Shown piece by piece: positions 1 to 9,105 of a DNA stretch of 64,000 bases (the first letter of the stretch is position 1; each line of letters starts with the position of its first letter). The notes below the pieces were generated by a model. That model saw nothing but the letters and a program-made list of their open reading frames with translations. It was not told the DNA's origin and ran no database searches. This stretch comes from Salinispira sp. (lineage in GTDB: Bacteria; Spirochaetota; Spirochaetia; DSM-27196; Salinispiraceae): contig OZ271918.1 of the NCBI GenBank assembly GCA_965602015.1, positions 1,312,001 through 1,376,000 on the forward strand, given 5' to 3'. The position numbers and the translations under genes are program-made.

Positions 1-1
1 G

Positions 2-370
2 GGGCCCGAAAAAATCGTCGAACTTTCACGGTGCTTTTATGGAAAGGTCTATGCGGATGCTAACGAGGATTTTCTGGCCATGTTCCCTCCGGATATGGAA
101 ATGGCGATCCAGAACCAGTATGAGTTTTTTATTCAGCGGCTAGGAGGGCCTCCGCTCTACAGTGAAAGAAAGGGGCATCCGGCCCTGCGTGACCGGCACG
201 CCCGCTTTCCCATCACCGAGGAGTTTGCCGAGCACTGGATGGACCTGATGAGGGAGGCCATGGCTGAAGTGAACATTCCCGGCGAATACCGAAAGCATTT
301 AGACGACTTTTTTACCGATGTAGCCTACTTTTTGGTTAATGTTGACAGCGAAGGCCGGCATGGCTACTAA
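2..370 (+). CDS. Group II truncated hemoglobin (2/2 globin), 5' end outside window
   Basis: Frame is open from the window edge (GPEKIVELSRCFYGKVYAD...). FFIQRLGGPPLYSERKGHPALRDRHARFPIT..AEHW is typical of trHbO/GLB3-like globins. Confidence 0.9.
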   Translation, partial: GPEKIVELSRCFYGKVYADANEDFLAMFPPDMEMAIQNQYEFFIQRLGGPPLYSERKGHPALRDRHARFPITEEFAEHWMDLMREAMAEVNIPGEYRKHLDDFFTDVAYFLVNVDSEGRHGY

Positions 371-382
371 AGGAACCTTGCC

Positions 383-1813
383 TTAGGTCCCGCAAAAGGT
401 CTGAATAACTCTCTCAGAATCCTGAGGTGGTTTCTGATATTCAAGCAGCTGAGGATTGTCCGCATAGGGTTCCCGCAGGGCGTTAAGGAGGGAGTGCAGT
501 CTGCCATAATCATCATTATGGACGGCATCATGCAAGGCCTTTTCTACCAGGTGGTTCCGGGGGATAACCGCCGGGTTATGCGCTTTCATTACTGTAGTAC
601 TATCCCCGCTCTCTTGCCCCGTGAGTCGGTCGGACCAACTGTCATGCCATCGGGTAAATTCCTCATTATTATATACCTCACGCCTGGGTAGCTCATCCTG
701 CGATAGATCGCGGAAGGTATTGGTGTAATCAAGCTTGTTGTCCTCCATCCATTTCAAAAGGGATGAGATAATCTCAGCGTCGCCCTCACGGGGCTCGGTA
801 ATTCCGATTTTACCGGCCATGGCCTTGAGGTACTCATTTTCCAGCCGCTGACCCATGTCCTTTAAAAAATCCTGCGCAATCTCCAATGCCTTTTTTTCGT
901 CATGGTGGAGCAGGGTAAGCAGGGTCTCAGCAAGGCGCGCCATGTTCCAGTGGATAATGGGCAGCTGATTGCCATATGCGTATCTGCCGGCGGTATCAAT
1001 TGAGCTGAAGACCGTGTTCCCATGGTACTCATCCATAAATGCGCAGGGTCCGTAGTCTATGGTCTCGCCGGATATGCTCGTATTGTCGGTGTTCATTACA
1101 CCGTGTATAAATCCGACCCTCATCCACTGGCTGACCAGCGCGGCCTGCCGTTTCCCCACAGCCTGCAAGAACTGCAGCGCCATATCAGAAGCGCCTTCCA
1201 GTTCGGGATAATGTCTGTTCACGCTGTACTCAAGCAGAGCCTTAATGAGACCGGGTTTGTCCATTGCGGCGGCGTATTGAAATGTCCCGACCCTGATGTG
1301 AGATGAGGCAACCCGTGTCAGGATGGCTCCCGGCTCAACCCGCTCCCGGTACACCGGCTCGCCGGTTTTTACCACCGCGAGACTTCGTGTGGTCGGTATT
1401 GCCAGGTTCCCCATGGCCTCGCTGATAATGTATTCCCGCAGCATTGGTCCGAGGGATGCCCGGCCGTCCCCCCTGCGGGAGTAGGGGGTGCGGCCCGAGC
1501 CCTTGAACTGAATATCGACAAGGCTGTTGTTACTCCGGTGTTCGCCCAGCAGCACGGCCCGGCCGTCTCCCAGATTGGTGAAATGCCCGAACTGGTGGCC
1601 GGCGTACGCCTGGGAAATGGGGATGGTTCCCTCGGGGATACTATTGCCCGAAAGCACGCGGACAATCTCTTTGTCGTCCGGAATATCCAGGTTTAGCTCT
1701 TCGGCGAGTTTGCGGTTGAACAGGCAGATCTCCGGATTTGAAACCGGTTCGGGGTTTTGATCGCTGTAGAAATCTCCAGGCAGTGACCGGTAGCTGTTTG
1801 AGAAAGTAAACAT
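383..1813 (-). CDS. selO: Protein adenylyltransferase SelO (YdiU family)
   Basis: YAGHQFG..LGDGRA, KGSGRTPYSRRGDGRA, GFIHGVMNTDN, TIDYGPCAFMD and C-terminal TFCGT. Confidence 0.95.
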   Translation of the reverse strand: MFTFSNSYRSLPGDFYSDQNPEPVSNPEICLFNRKLAEELNLDIPDDKEIVRVLSGNSIPEGTIPISQAYAGHQFGHFTNLGDGRAVLLGEHRSNNSLVDIQFKGSGRTPYSRRGDGRASLGPMLREYIISEAMGNLAIPTTRSLAVVKTGEPVYRERVEPGAILTRVASSHIRVGTFQYAAAMDKPGLIKALLEYSVNRHYPELEGASDMALQFLQAVGKRQAALVSQWMRVGFIHGVMNTDNTSISGETIDYGPCAFMDEYHGNTVFSSIDTAGRYAYGNQLPIIHWNMARLAETLLTLLHHDEKKALEIAQDFLKDMGQRLENEYLKAMAGKIGITEPREGDAEIISSLLKWMEDNKLDYTNTFRDLSQDELPRREVYNNEEFTRWHDSWSDRLTGQESGDSTTVMKAHNPAVIPRNHLVEKALHDAVHNDDYGRLHSLLNALREPYADNPQLLEYQKPPQDSERVIQTFCGT

Positions 1814-1965
1814 ACCAATAGTTACTATCTAGAGAGGCAACGGTCAACCGACTTTTATGATTCATAAAATCACATAAAGTGATGCCATGTTCCTTTTTGT
1901 GTTTTTGATACGAGGCACAGTGATTTATCTTGTTCACGAGGAAAACTGACGGTATGTTTATCGCA

Positions 1966-3441
1966 ATGAATATCACAAAACGAAATGTGCAGGCGAGGGA
2001 AACCCTAAAGCGCTATCTTGAGATGACTCGGGAGCTGACCCGGGAGTCGACTGAGCGTGAATTGCAGATTATTGAGGGCGAGATTCCTTCCGACCTTGAG
2101 GGCACGCTGTTTCGAGCCGGTCCGGGCAGGATGCACAATCACGGGCATCTGTACGACCACCTGTTCGACGGGGACGGCGTAATTCAAAAAATTGCCTTTT
2201 CCCGGGGCGCTGCGACCTACACTTCGCGTTTTGTACGAACGAAGTATTTCACCGCCGAAGAGAATGCCGGAAGATCGCTGTACCGTTCGTTTGGCAGTAA
2301 TCTTCCGGGCGGAGCCCTCGCGAACTTTGCACGGATGAAGTTTAAAAATGCTGCCAACACCAATGTGCTGCTTCACCCCGACGGTCTTCTGGCCCTGTGG
2401 GAAGGCGGTTCACCCCACCTCCTGGATCCGCTTACCCTGGAGACCCGAGGGGAGTGGAGGGCGGACGGCATACTGTCCGAGAAAAATCCGGTGGAAAAAA
2501 TGATGTCCAACGGCCGGGCATTTTCTGCGCACTATAAAATAGATCCGGCAACTGGTGTGATGCACAATTTTGGCATGAGCCCCGGGCTCGACCAGCGCAT
2601 GCTGATGTACCGCATGGAGCACGACGGCCCTCTTGAGATACGTGAAGTAAAACTTCCCCGGTTGACCTTCATTCACGACTTTTCCATAACCGATAAGGGT
2701 GAGCGGATATTCTTCGACGTGCCGGTGCATTTCGCCCTGCTGCGGACATTTCTGGGACAGGTTCCCCCGGCCGCTTCAATTCGGGAAAATCCCAAGGGAA
2801 ATACGTATATCAGAATTTTTGACCGGGAAAATCATCAGCGGATAGTTGAAACCGACCCCTGTTACATATTTCATTTTGGCAATGCCTGGCACGGCGATGA
2901 TGACTGCATACGTGTACAGGTCTGCCGGATGGACCGCTTCCCTTCCTCTGCGCAGATGTCTGCTCTCCTTAAGGGAGAGGTTCCCCAACAGGGTTTTCAT
3001 GCCTATTTATATGAGTGCGCCATCGACCTCAAGCGAAATACTGTGAGCTGGGAGAAGATATCCGACCATCCGATGGAACTGCCGAGTTTTAATCTGCGAT
3101 TCACCGGTATTCCAAATAGCTATCTGTGGTCCTCCGCCGCCAGGCCCGACCGGTCCAATGACGCATTGCTGCACGGAATCGCCAAGTACGACATTGCTGA
3201 GCGAGAAACGATTTTTGCAGACCGGTATCCCCGGTACACCGGCGAGCCCTTGTTTATCCCCCGTCCCGGCGCTGACCGTGAGGACGACGGCTATCTGGCC
3301 TGCCTGTTTGTGGACATGGAGGATGATTACGCCGGCCTCGAGATTCTTCAAGCCGCGGACCTGAGGTCCCTGGCGCTGCTCAAGCTTCCTCTTCCTATTA
3401 ATGTGGGCTTTCACGGATTGTGGACTGACAGGCGGTTTTAA
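1966..3441 (+). CDS. Carotenoid oxygenase family protein (RPE65/CCD/lignostilbene dioxygenase-like)
   Basis: GEIPSDLEGTLFRAGPG, HLFDGDG, NAANTNV, LALWEGG, four Fe-ligand His (FSAHYK, FIHDF, IFHFGN, GFHG), GEPLFIPR..EDDGYL. Start placed at ATG 1966 from promoter geometry. Confidence 0.9.
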   Translation: MNITKRNVQARETLKRYLEMTRELTRESTERELQIIEGEIPSDLEGTLFRAGPGRMHNHGHLYDHLFDGDGVIQKIAFSRGAATYTSRFVRTKYFTAEENAGRSLYRSFGSNLPGGALANFARMKFKNAANTNVLLHPDGLLALWEGGSPHLLDPLTLETRGEWRADGILSEKNPVEKMMSNGRAFSAHYKIDPATGVMHNFGMSPGLDQRMLMYRMEHDGPLEIREVKLPRLTFIHDFSITDKGERIFFDVPVHFALLRTFLGQVPPAASIRENPKGNTYIRIFDRENHQRIVETDPCYIFHFGNAWHGDDDCIRVQVCRMDRFPSSAQMSALLKGEVPQQGFHAYLYECAIDLKRNTVSWEKISDHPMELPSFNLRFTGIPNSYLWSSAARPDRSNDALLHGIAKYDIAERETIFADRYPRYTGEPLFIPRPGADREDDGYLACLFVDMEDDYAGLEILQAADLRSLALLKLPLPINVGFHGLWTDRRF

Positions 3442-3500
3442 ACCACACGAGTCACCGATAGCCCTCGAAATTTCTTATTTTATTGGTTGCCCTCTTCGTT

Positions 3501-3529
3501 TTGACAATCAGGTCCTTACTGACTACAAT
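3501..3529 (+). promoter_or_regulatory. Sigma70-type promoter directly before the amylase ATG (leaderless)
   Basis: TTGACA(3501-3506)-17 nt-TACAAT(3524-3529), then 6 nt and ATG 3536 with no Shine-Dalgarno. Confidence 0.75.
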
Positions 3530-3535
3530 CCTGTC

Positions 3536-5647
3536 ATGAAAAACGCCCCCGCCGCTACATATGCCAACGCACCAGTGCTTCTGCTTTTTTCCGTGCTAAT
3601 AGTTTTTACTGGATGCTTCCTTCCCACGGAACCCAGCGCCCCCGACGACGATCCGTACGCCCCGGAGAATACCATTTCAACGGACTACTTCGGAGAAATC
3701 CGGCAACCGGAAGATGCCGGGCATTCTATGTCCGCCTCGCCCGGATGGTACGCAGACGCCCGCTTCTATCATATATGGGTCAACGCCTTCGCGGATTCGG
3801 ACGGTGACGGCATCGGCGATATCCCCGGCATTACCGAACGGCTCGATTACCTGAATAGTTTGGGGGTGAACGCCCTCTGGCTTTCCCCCATTTTCGAAAC
3901 CAGGGGCCAGAATGATCCTCAGGGAAATATGCACGGATACGACACCACCGATCACTATGAAATAAATCCCTACTTCGGCGATAAAACTGACGTGGCGGCC
4001 CTCCTGGACGGCGCCCACCAGCGGGGCATGCGGGTAATTTTCGACTATGTTCCCAACCACATTTCTAACGAGCACCCCTGGTTTCTGGAGGCCTACAGCG
4101 GCAATCCTGATTATCGGGATTGGTTTACCTGGTCCAATGAGGATCTGGACGCGTACTATGACGGGCCATGGAGCAATCCCGGGTATGAGCACCAGGTTTG
4201 GCATGACCCCCTTGGACGGGGAAGCTATTACTACGGTATTTTTTGGGACGGAATGCCCGATCTGAATTTTACCAATCCGGATGTCCGCCGGAAAATGGCC
4301 GACGCGCTTATTTATTGGCTGAATTTCGGATTTGACGGAATACGCATTGACGCCGTCAAGTATCTCTATGAGGAGGATACCGACGGCAATCCCCGCACCG
4401 CGCCAATTATGTCAGATGCCGACGCCACCATCGAGTACTTCGCCGAGCTTCGGGAAGAGATCCTTGGCGAATACGAAGGTCTCGGTCTTTCCAAGTTTAT
4501 GGTGCTGGAAAACTGGACCGGCACCGCATATCTTGGTGACTATGCCAGGTATCAGGGAAGGGATGCGGCTCACATGAGCTTTGATTTTGAGATCGGCGAC
4601 GAGATTATAAACATGGTTCTACCTTTTGCAGGGAATGCCGAAGATTTACGGAACTATCTGGACAGGCGCCAGGGCTACGGCGTTCCCGCTGGCTTTGAGT
4701 ATGCGAATTTTCTGTCCAATCACGACAATGTGAGAAGCCGGCCGGTAACCGAAACCGGTAACATTGAAGAATACGCCGCTCTGGCCGCCGGGTATAATAT
4801 CTTGCTGCCCGGTGTTCCCTTTGTGTATTACGGGAATGAAGTCGGAATGACCGGGACTGCCGGGGCTGATATCAATCTTCGTCAGGATTTCCCCTGGTCG
4901 GAGGTAGTTAATCAAACCGGTGACGATGCAAGTATTCTCGAATGGTACCGGGCAATGCTCACCGTCCGCACCCGCTATGCATCAGTGGGCCGGGGAGTCT
5001 TTGCCGCCCTGGAGGACGATACCCTAAACCCCGATGTCTTCGCCGGGTTGTGGCGCGCCGCCGGTGAACTGCCGGTGCTATTTGTCGGGAATCACTCTGA
5101 GTTGGAGCAGTCCCTCAGCTATGACTTGACACCCCTGCTCGGTGCCGGGTATTCCTCACTCAGTACGGTTGTCGGTGCGCCTTCAGCATCTATTTCCGCA
5201 TCGGTATTGAGCACGGGCAATCTCCCTCCCCATAGCTTTAGAGTGTACGTCCTGGGCAGCGACGCTGAGGCACACATAATCGCAGACCGTCCGGTCCCGG
5301 CACCGGCGCCTGCCCCCGAGATTTTTATCCTTGGAACCTTCGACGGAGCCAGTTGGGAGTATCTTCTTCCGGCCTGGCAAATGACCCTCGATTCAGATGC
5401 GGAGTATCAGTACAGTTACTCCCTTTCTCTCAATGCCGGCGATGTTAACAGCTTTAAGTTTTACGGAGAATCATCAGGCTGGCTTGGGGGCATGGAGCTC
5501 GAGGAAAAGCCGGGAGGAGATGCCGGCAATATCCTCTCGGTAAATTGGGCTGACTTCTCAAACATTGTTATAGACGCTCCGGTAACCGGCATGTACACAC
5601 TGTACTTCGACTGGGATGATAGGCTCTATTGGGTAGACGGCCCCTGA
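3536..5647 (+). CDS. GH13 alpha-amylase family lipoprotein with C-terminal SusE/SusF-like starch-binding domain
   Basis: Lipobox VFTGC; FADSDGDGIGDIPGI..RLDYL, HGYDTTD, DYVPNH, GFDGIRIDAVK, FLSNHD, YYGNEVG; PAPAPAP linker followed by a beta-rich tail. Confidence 0.88.
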   Translation: MKNAPAATYANAPVLLLFSVLIVFTGCFLPTEPSAPDDDPYAPENTISTDYFGEIRQPEDAGHSMSASPGWYADARFYHIWVNAFADSDGDGIGDIPGITERLDYLNSLGVNALWLSPIFETRGQNDPQGNMHGYDTTDHYEINPYFGDKTDVAALLDGAHQRGMRVIFDYVPNHISNEHPWFLEAYSGNPDYRDWFTWSNEDLDAYYDGPWSNPGYEHQVWHDPLGRGSYYYGIFWDGMPDLNFTNPDVRRKMADALIYWLNFGFDGIRIDAVKYLYEEDTDGNPRTAPIMSDADATIEYFAELREEILGEYEGLGLSKFMVLENWTGTAYLGDYARYQGRDAAHMSFDFEIGDEIINMVLPFAGNAEDLRNYLDRRQGYGVPAGFEYANFLSNHDNVRSRPVTETGNIEEYAALAAGYNILLPGVPFVYYGNEVGMTGTAGADINLRQDFPWSEVVNQTGDDASILEWYRAMLTVRTRYASVGRGVFAALEDDTLNPDVFAGLWRAAGELPVLFVGNHSELEQSLSYDLTPLLGAGYSSLSTVVGAPSASISASVLSTGNLPPHSFRVYVLGSDAEAHIIADRPVPAPAPAPEIFILGTFDGASWEYLLPAWQMTLDSDAEYQYSYSLSLNAGDVNSFKFYGESSGWLGGMELEEKPGGDAGNILSVNWADFSNIVIDAPVTGMYTLYFDWDDRLYWVDGP

Positions 5648-5766
5648 TGTTGTGCCATTAACCACAATGCGACGCCCGCATTGAATACGTTGCCGCTGCG
5701 CATGTACAAAAAAGTATACTGCGCGCGACAGCGCACCGGCGTGTAAAAAGCCGGAAAGGATGTGTA

Positions 5767-6144
5767 ATGAAAAAAGCAATCGTAATTACCGTGGCCGCTT
5801 TGCTGGTTGCTCTGATGACCGGCTGCAGCGATGCCGACGTCGCATCGGCAAACCTCTCGAGGGCCGCCGATCAGTTTGAAGTTTTTAGAAGGGCGGTATT
5901 TTATAACGGCATTACCGGCGAGTATATTCTCAGCATCGAAGGCTACCTTTCCATTCTCGATGAAGGAAACCAGCTCGAAGTGACGGTTAAAAATGACGAA
6001 GGCATTTTTATGAAGCACTTCCTCGGCCTCTCGGACAACGTGACCTACTTCGTCGAGCAAATCGAGGGCCTTCCGGCAAGCGCTCAGCGCTACCGGGTGA
6101 TTTTCAAGCCTTCAGTCATCGCCCCTAATATTGACCTAGAGTAG
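5767..6144 (+). CDS. Small lipoprotein of a phage-associated family (mycobacteriophage L5 gp64-like)
   Basis: Lipobox LMTGC; DADVASANLSRAADQFEVFRRAVFYNGITGEYILSIEG...KHFLGLSDNVTYFVEQ...YRVIFKP matches my recollection of this family. Confidence 0.7.
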   Translation: MKKAIVITVAALLVALMTGCSDADVASANLSRAADQFEVFRRAVFYNGITGEYILSIEGYLSILDEGNQLEVTVKNDEGIFMKHFLGLSDNVTYFVEQIEGLPASAQRYRVIFKPSVIAPNIDLE

Positions 6145-6175
6145 CCTCCCTCGCCGGCCGCCGACCCGCTGGCGG

Positions 6176-6314
6176 GTCACCGAATCCCGCCGGCGCTCGC
6201 CGCCGGCTGCCAACGGCCCGCGGACCGGCCAACCACTGACCGACGCTGGCTCACGTGCGGCGGCTGGTCGCCGAATGCCGCCGGCGATCGCGTCACGGCC
6301 GGCTGCCAACTGGC
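6176..6314. repeat. Imperfect ~45-bp GC-rich direct repeat, two copies
   Basis: GGTCACCGAATCCCGCCGGCGCTCGC..GCCGGCTGCCAAC (~6176-6213) vs GGTCGCCGAATGCCGCCGGCGATCGCG....GCCGGCTGCCAAC (~6266-6310). Confidence 0.6.
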
Positions 6315-6382
6315 TGCCTTTGACAAAATCCCAAACATACGCGAGAATCCTGAGCGTATCGTCATCAGCTACAGAGGGTTTT

Positions 6383-7894
6383 GTGTCGGACATCAACGAA
6401 AGTGGTTACAGCCGCCGCATCTTCTCAATGCTCGCCAAGAGTTCCGCCGGCGGGTTTTCCCTATTCGAAGGCGGAAGGACGGTATATAGCTCTCCCGGTC
6501 AGCTCCGCCTTCTCGGGTATCCGGAGGATCTCGATTCAAAGTTCACCTTGGAGCAAAACATCGAGCATATTCACCCCGAAGACCGCGATCGAGTTCGTCA
6601 ATGCGTCCTCGACGCATTCACACAAAAACTTCCCACTGTCACCTACACCTGCCGGGTGAAACGGAAAGACGGGTCGTATATCTGGATTGAAGATATTCTG
6701 GATAACGAGTTCGACGATGCCGGCAGACATGTACGGAGCATTATTCGCTCCCGCGATGTGAGCGCTCGTGTTAACAATGAGGCTGCATTGATTGAACGGG
6801 AGGCCCACTACAACAATCTCCTTGCACACATCGCCGCCGGGGTGGTTATTCACACAGCCAACACGACCATTATATCCGCTAATGATCGGGCTGCAGAGCT
6901 CCTTGGCCTTGCCGGTAATACCTTAACAGGCCGCACCGCCGAAGACGAGGTGTGGGCGTTCCTGCGTGAAGATGGCAGCCCCATGCCCCAGGCTGAATAC
7001 CCGGTGGTGAGAATTCTTGAAAGCGGAGAGGCCCTGTCGGAATTCGTAATCGGCATCACAACGCAGAACGCTGTCACCTGGTGCCTTGTCAACGGCTTTC
7101 CCGAGCACAATCCCGACGGCAGCATAAAGCAGGTGGTCATTACATTCATCAATATCAGCCCTCAAAAAGCCGTCGAATCACAGCTGCGCCGAAACAACGA
7201 AACCAAGGACCGGTTTTTCAGGATTATCGCCCATGATTTGCGCAACAGCGTTATGACCCTGGGCACCGGGATGCGAATGCTCTCCGGCGATTCGAACCCC
7301 TCCGAACAGCAGACGATTATTAAAGAGCTCCAGATCAATACCGAGGAACTGGCGAAACTTTTGGAGAATCTTCTCGAATGGTCCCGTCTCCAGCAGGGAA
7401 GCCTGAGGTTTTCTCCCACTGAAATACAGCTTGCCTCACTTATACACGATCAGCTTCAGCTTTTTTCTCCTGCGCTGTCCCAAAAAGAGCTTGTGCTCAC
7501 AACGCGATTCGACGATGTGCCGGGTTTTTCCGGGGATGCCAAAATGATCCAGACAATTTTAAGGAACCTGCTATCCAATGCAATAAAGTTTTCACCGATA
7601 GGCGCGGTCATCGACGTGGTAATTTCCCGGGAAGGCGACATGCTTGTTCTGCGCATTAAGGACTCGGGCCTCGGTATGAGCCCGCAGACCCTTGATTCGC
7701 TCTTCCTTCTCGATAGCCAAAATAATCGGGAAGGAACTGCCGGTGAACCGGGAAGCGGATTGGGGCTGATTCTCTGCAAGGAGTTTGTGGAGATGCACGG
7801 CGGTGAGCTTGTGGTAGAAAGCGCCGAGGGAGTAGGATCGGTTTTTTCTGTTCTCTTTCCCCTAAAATCCCAATCGGCCGTCGAAAAAACATAG
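6383..7894 (+). CDS. PAS-PAS sensor histidine kinase (cytoplasmic, no adjacent response regulator)
   Basis: IHPEDR PAS, second PAS, H-box IIAHDLRN, N-box RNLLSNAIKF, DSGLG, GSGLGL. Start moved to GTG 6383 (AGAGGG SD; TTGACA-17-GAGAAT at 6320-6348). Confidence 0.9.
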   Translation: MSDINESGYSRRIFSMLAKSSAGGFSLFEGGRTVYSSPGQLRLLGYPEDLDSKFTLEQNIEHIHPEDRDRVRQCVLDAFTQKLPTVTYTCRVKRKDGSYIWIEDILDNEFDDAGRHVRSIIRSRDVSARVNNEAALIEREAHYNNLLAHIAAGVVIHTANTTIISANDRAAELLGLAGNTLTGRTAEDEVWAFLREDGSPMPQAEYPVVRILESGEALSEFVIGITTQNAVTWCLVNGFPEHNPDGSIKQVVITFINISPQKAVESQLRRNNETKDRFFRIIAHDLRNSVMTLGTGMRMLSGDSNPSEQQTIIKELQINTEELAKLLENLLEWSRLQQGSLRFSPTEIQLASLIHDQLQLFSPALSQKELVLTTRFDDVPGFSGDAKMIQTILRNLLSNAIKFSPIGAVIDVVISREGDMLVLRIKDSGLGMSPQTLDSLFLLDSQNNREGTAGEPGSGLGLILCKEFVEMHGGELVVESAEGVGSVFSVLFPLKSQSAVEKT

Positions 7895-7921
7895 CCCGGT
7901 TTCCCGCTGCTATCCGGAAAA

Positions 7922-7939
7922 TTTGAATATATATTCACC
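7922..7939. promoter_or_regulatory. Perfect palindrome matching the ARG-box consensus, upstream of the TAXI gene
   Basis: TT-TGAAT-ATAT-ATTCA-CC; the core 7924-7937 is a perfect 14-bp palindrome. Confidence 0.5.
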
Positions 7940-8014
7940 AATTTGTCATTTTTTCTTGCTTTCCCGATCGTTTATGCAAATGTTATGTAAGAGATCATAT
8001 AAAAGGAGAAGTCA

Positions 8015-9025
8015 ATGAGAAAAATCATTGTCGCCGCGGCATTGTTCGCGCTGGTTGTCTCAATGGTTTTCGCCGGCGGTGGAGCCGAAAGCGGAAGCAG
8101 CACTACCTTCGTCACCATAGGTACCGGCGGAGTAACCGGCATCTATTACCCGGTCGGCGGGGCTATCAGCCGGCTTATTAACGCAAAAAGTGCCGAATAC
8201 GGCATCCGTTCATCGGTCGAGTCCACCGCGGGAAGCGTATTCAACATCAACGCCGTAGTCGGCGGGGACCTTGAGTTCGGTATTGCCCAGTCGGACCGTC
8301 AGTTCCAGGCAATTAACGGTTTGGCCGAATGGGAAACCCTGGGAGCCCAGGATACCCTGCGCTCGGTCTTCTCCCTGCACCCCGAATCAGTCACCCTGAT
8401 TGCGTCGGTGGAAAGCGGAATCCAGTCCATTGCCGACCTTGAGGGCAACCGGGTGAATATCGGTACTCCCGGCTCGGGTAACCGGCAGAATGCCGTAGAT
8501 GCCATCGAAGCCTTCGGTCTCGATTTGGCTGATATCACTGTCGAGCAGGTAGGCCCCGTTGAAGCTCCCGGACTCCTACAGGACGGCAGGCTCGACGCGT
8601 TCTTCTACACCGTTGGCCATCCCAACGGCGCCATTACTGAAGCGACAAGCGGTCGTATTCCCGTCCGTATCGTCGATATCTCCGGCGCCCCGATCAGCGC
8701 GCTCATTGCCGACAAGCCCTACTACGGTGTGTCTCGAATTCCTCAGGCCCTGTATCCCCAGGCGGCTAACGAAAACGATGCCACCACCATCGGTGTCGGC
8801 GCGACCCTGGTGACCTCCAGCGACGTTTCCGATGACATCGTCTATGCCCTGGTCAAGGAAGTCTTCGAAAACCTCGACGAGTTCAAGGCACTGCACCCGG
8901 CTCTCGGCGTCATCTCCACCGAAAGCATGCTCGGAGGACTTTCGGCTCCTCTGCATCCCGGCGCCCAGCGCTACTATGAAGAAGCGGGACTTATCGATTT
9001 GATCAATCCCAGCATACTCAACTAG
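8015..9025 (+). CDS. TAXI family TRAP transporter solute-binding subunit
   Basis: TIGTGGVTGIYYPVGGAI, ESTAGSVFN, GIAQSD, PLHPGAQRYY; AGGAG SD. Confidence 0.95.
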   Translation: MRKIIVAAALFALVVSMVFAGGGAESGSSTTFVTIGTGGVTGIYYPVGGAISRLINAKSAEYGIRSSVESTAGSVFNINAVVGGDLEFGIAQSDRQFQAINGLAEWETLGAQDTLRSVFSLHPESVTLIASVESGIQSIADLEGNRVNIGTPGSGNRQNAVDAIEAFGLDLADITVEQVGPVEAPGLLQDGRLDAFFYTVGHPNGAITEATSGRIPVRIVDISGAPISALIADKPYYGVSRIPQALYPQAANENDATTIGVGATLVTSSDVSDDIVYALVKEVFENLDEFKALHPALGVISTESMLGGLSAPLHPGAQRYYEEAGLIDLINPSILN

Positions 9026-9056
9026 TTCGTTACTAAGAAACAACAACATGTATTCG

Positions 9057-9081
9057 GCACACGGTCCTTCGGGGCCGTGTG
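9057..9081 (+). other. Intercistronic hairpin with UUCG tetraloop (mRNA stabiliser or attenuator)
   Basis: CACACGGTCC-TTCG-GGGCCGTGTG between the binding-protein and permease genes. Confidence 0.6.
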
Positions 9082-9105
9082 ATCGTTTTATTTGGAAGGC
9101 TGGAC

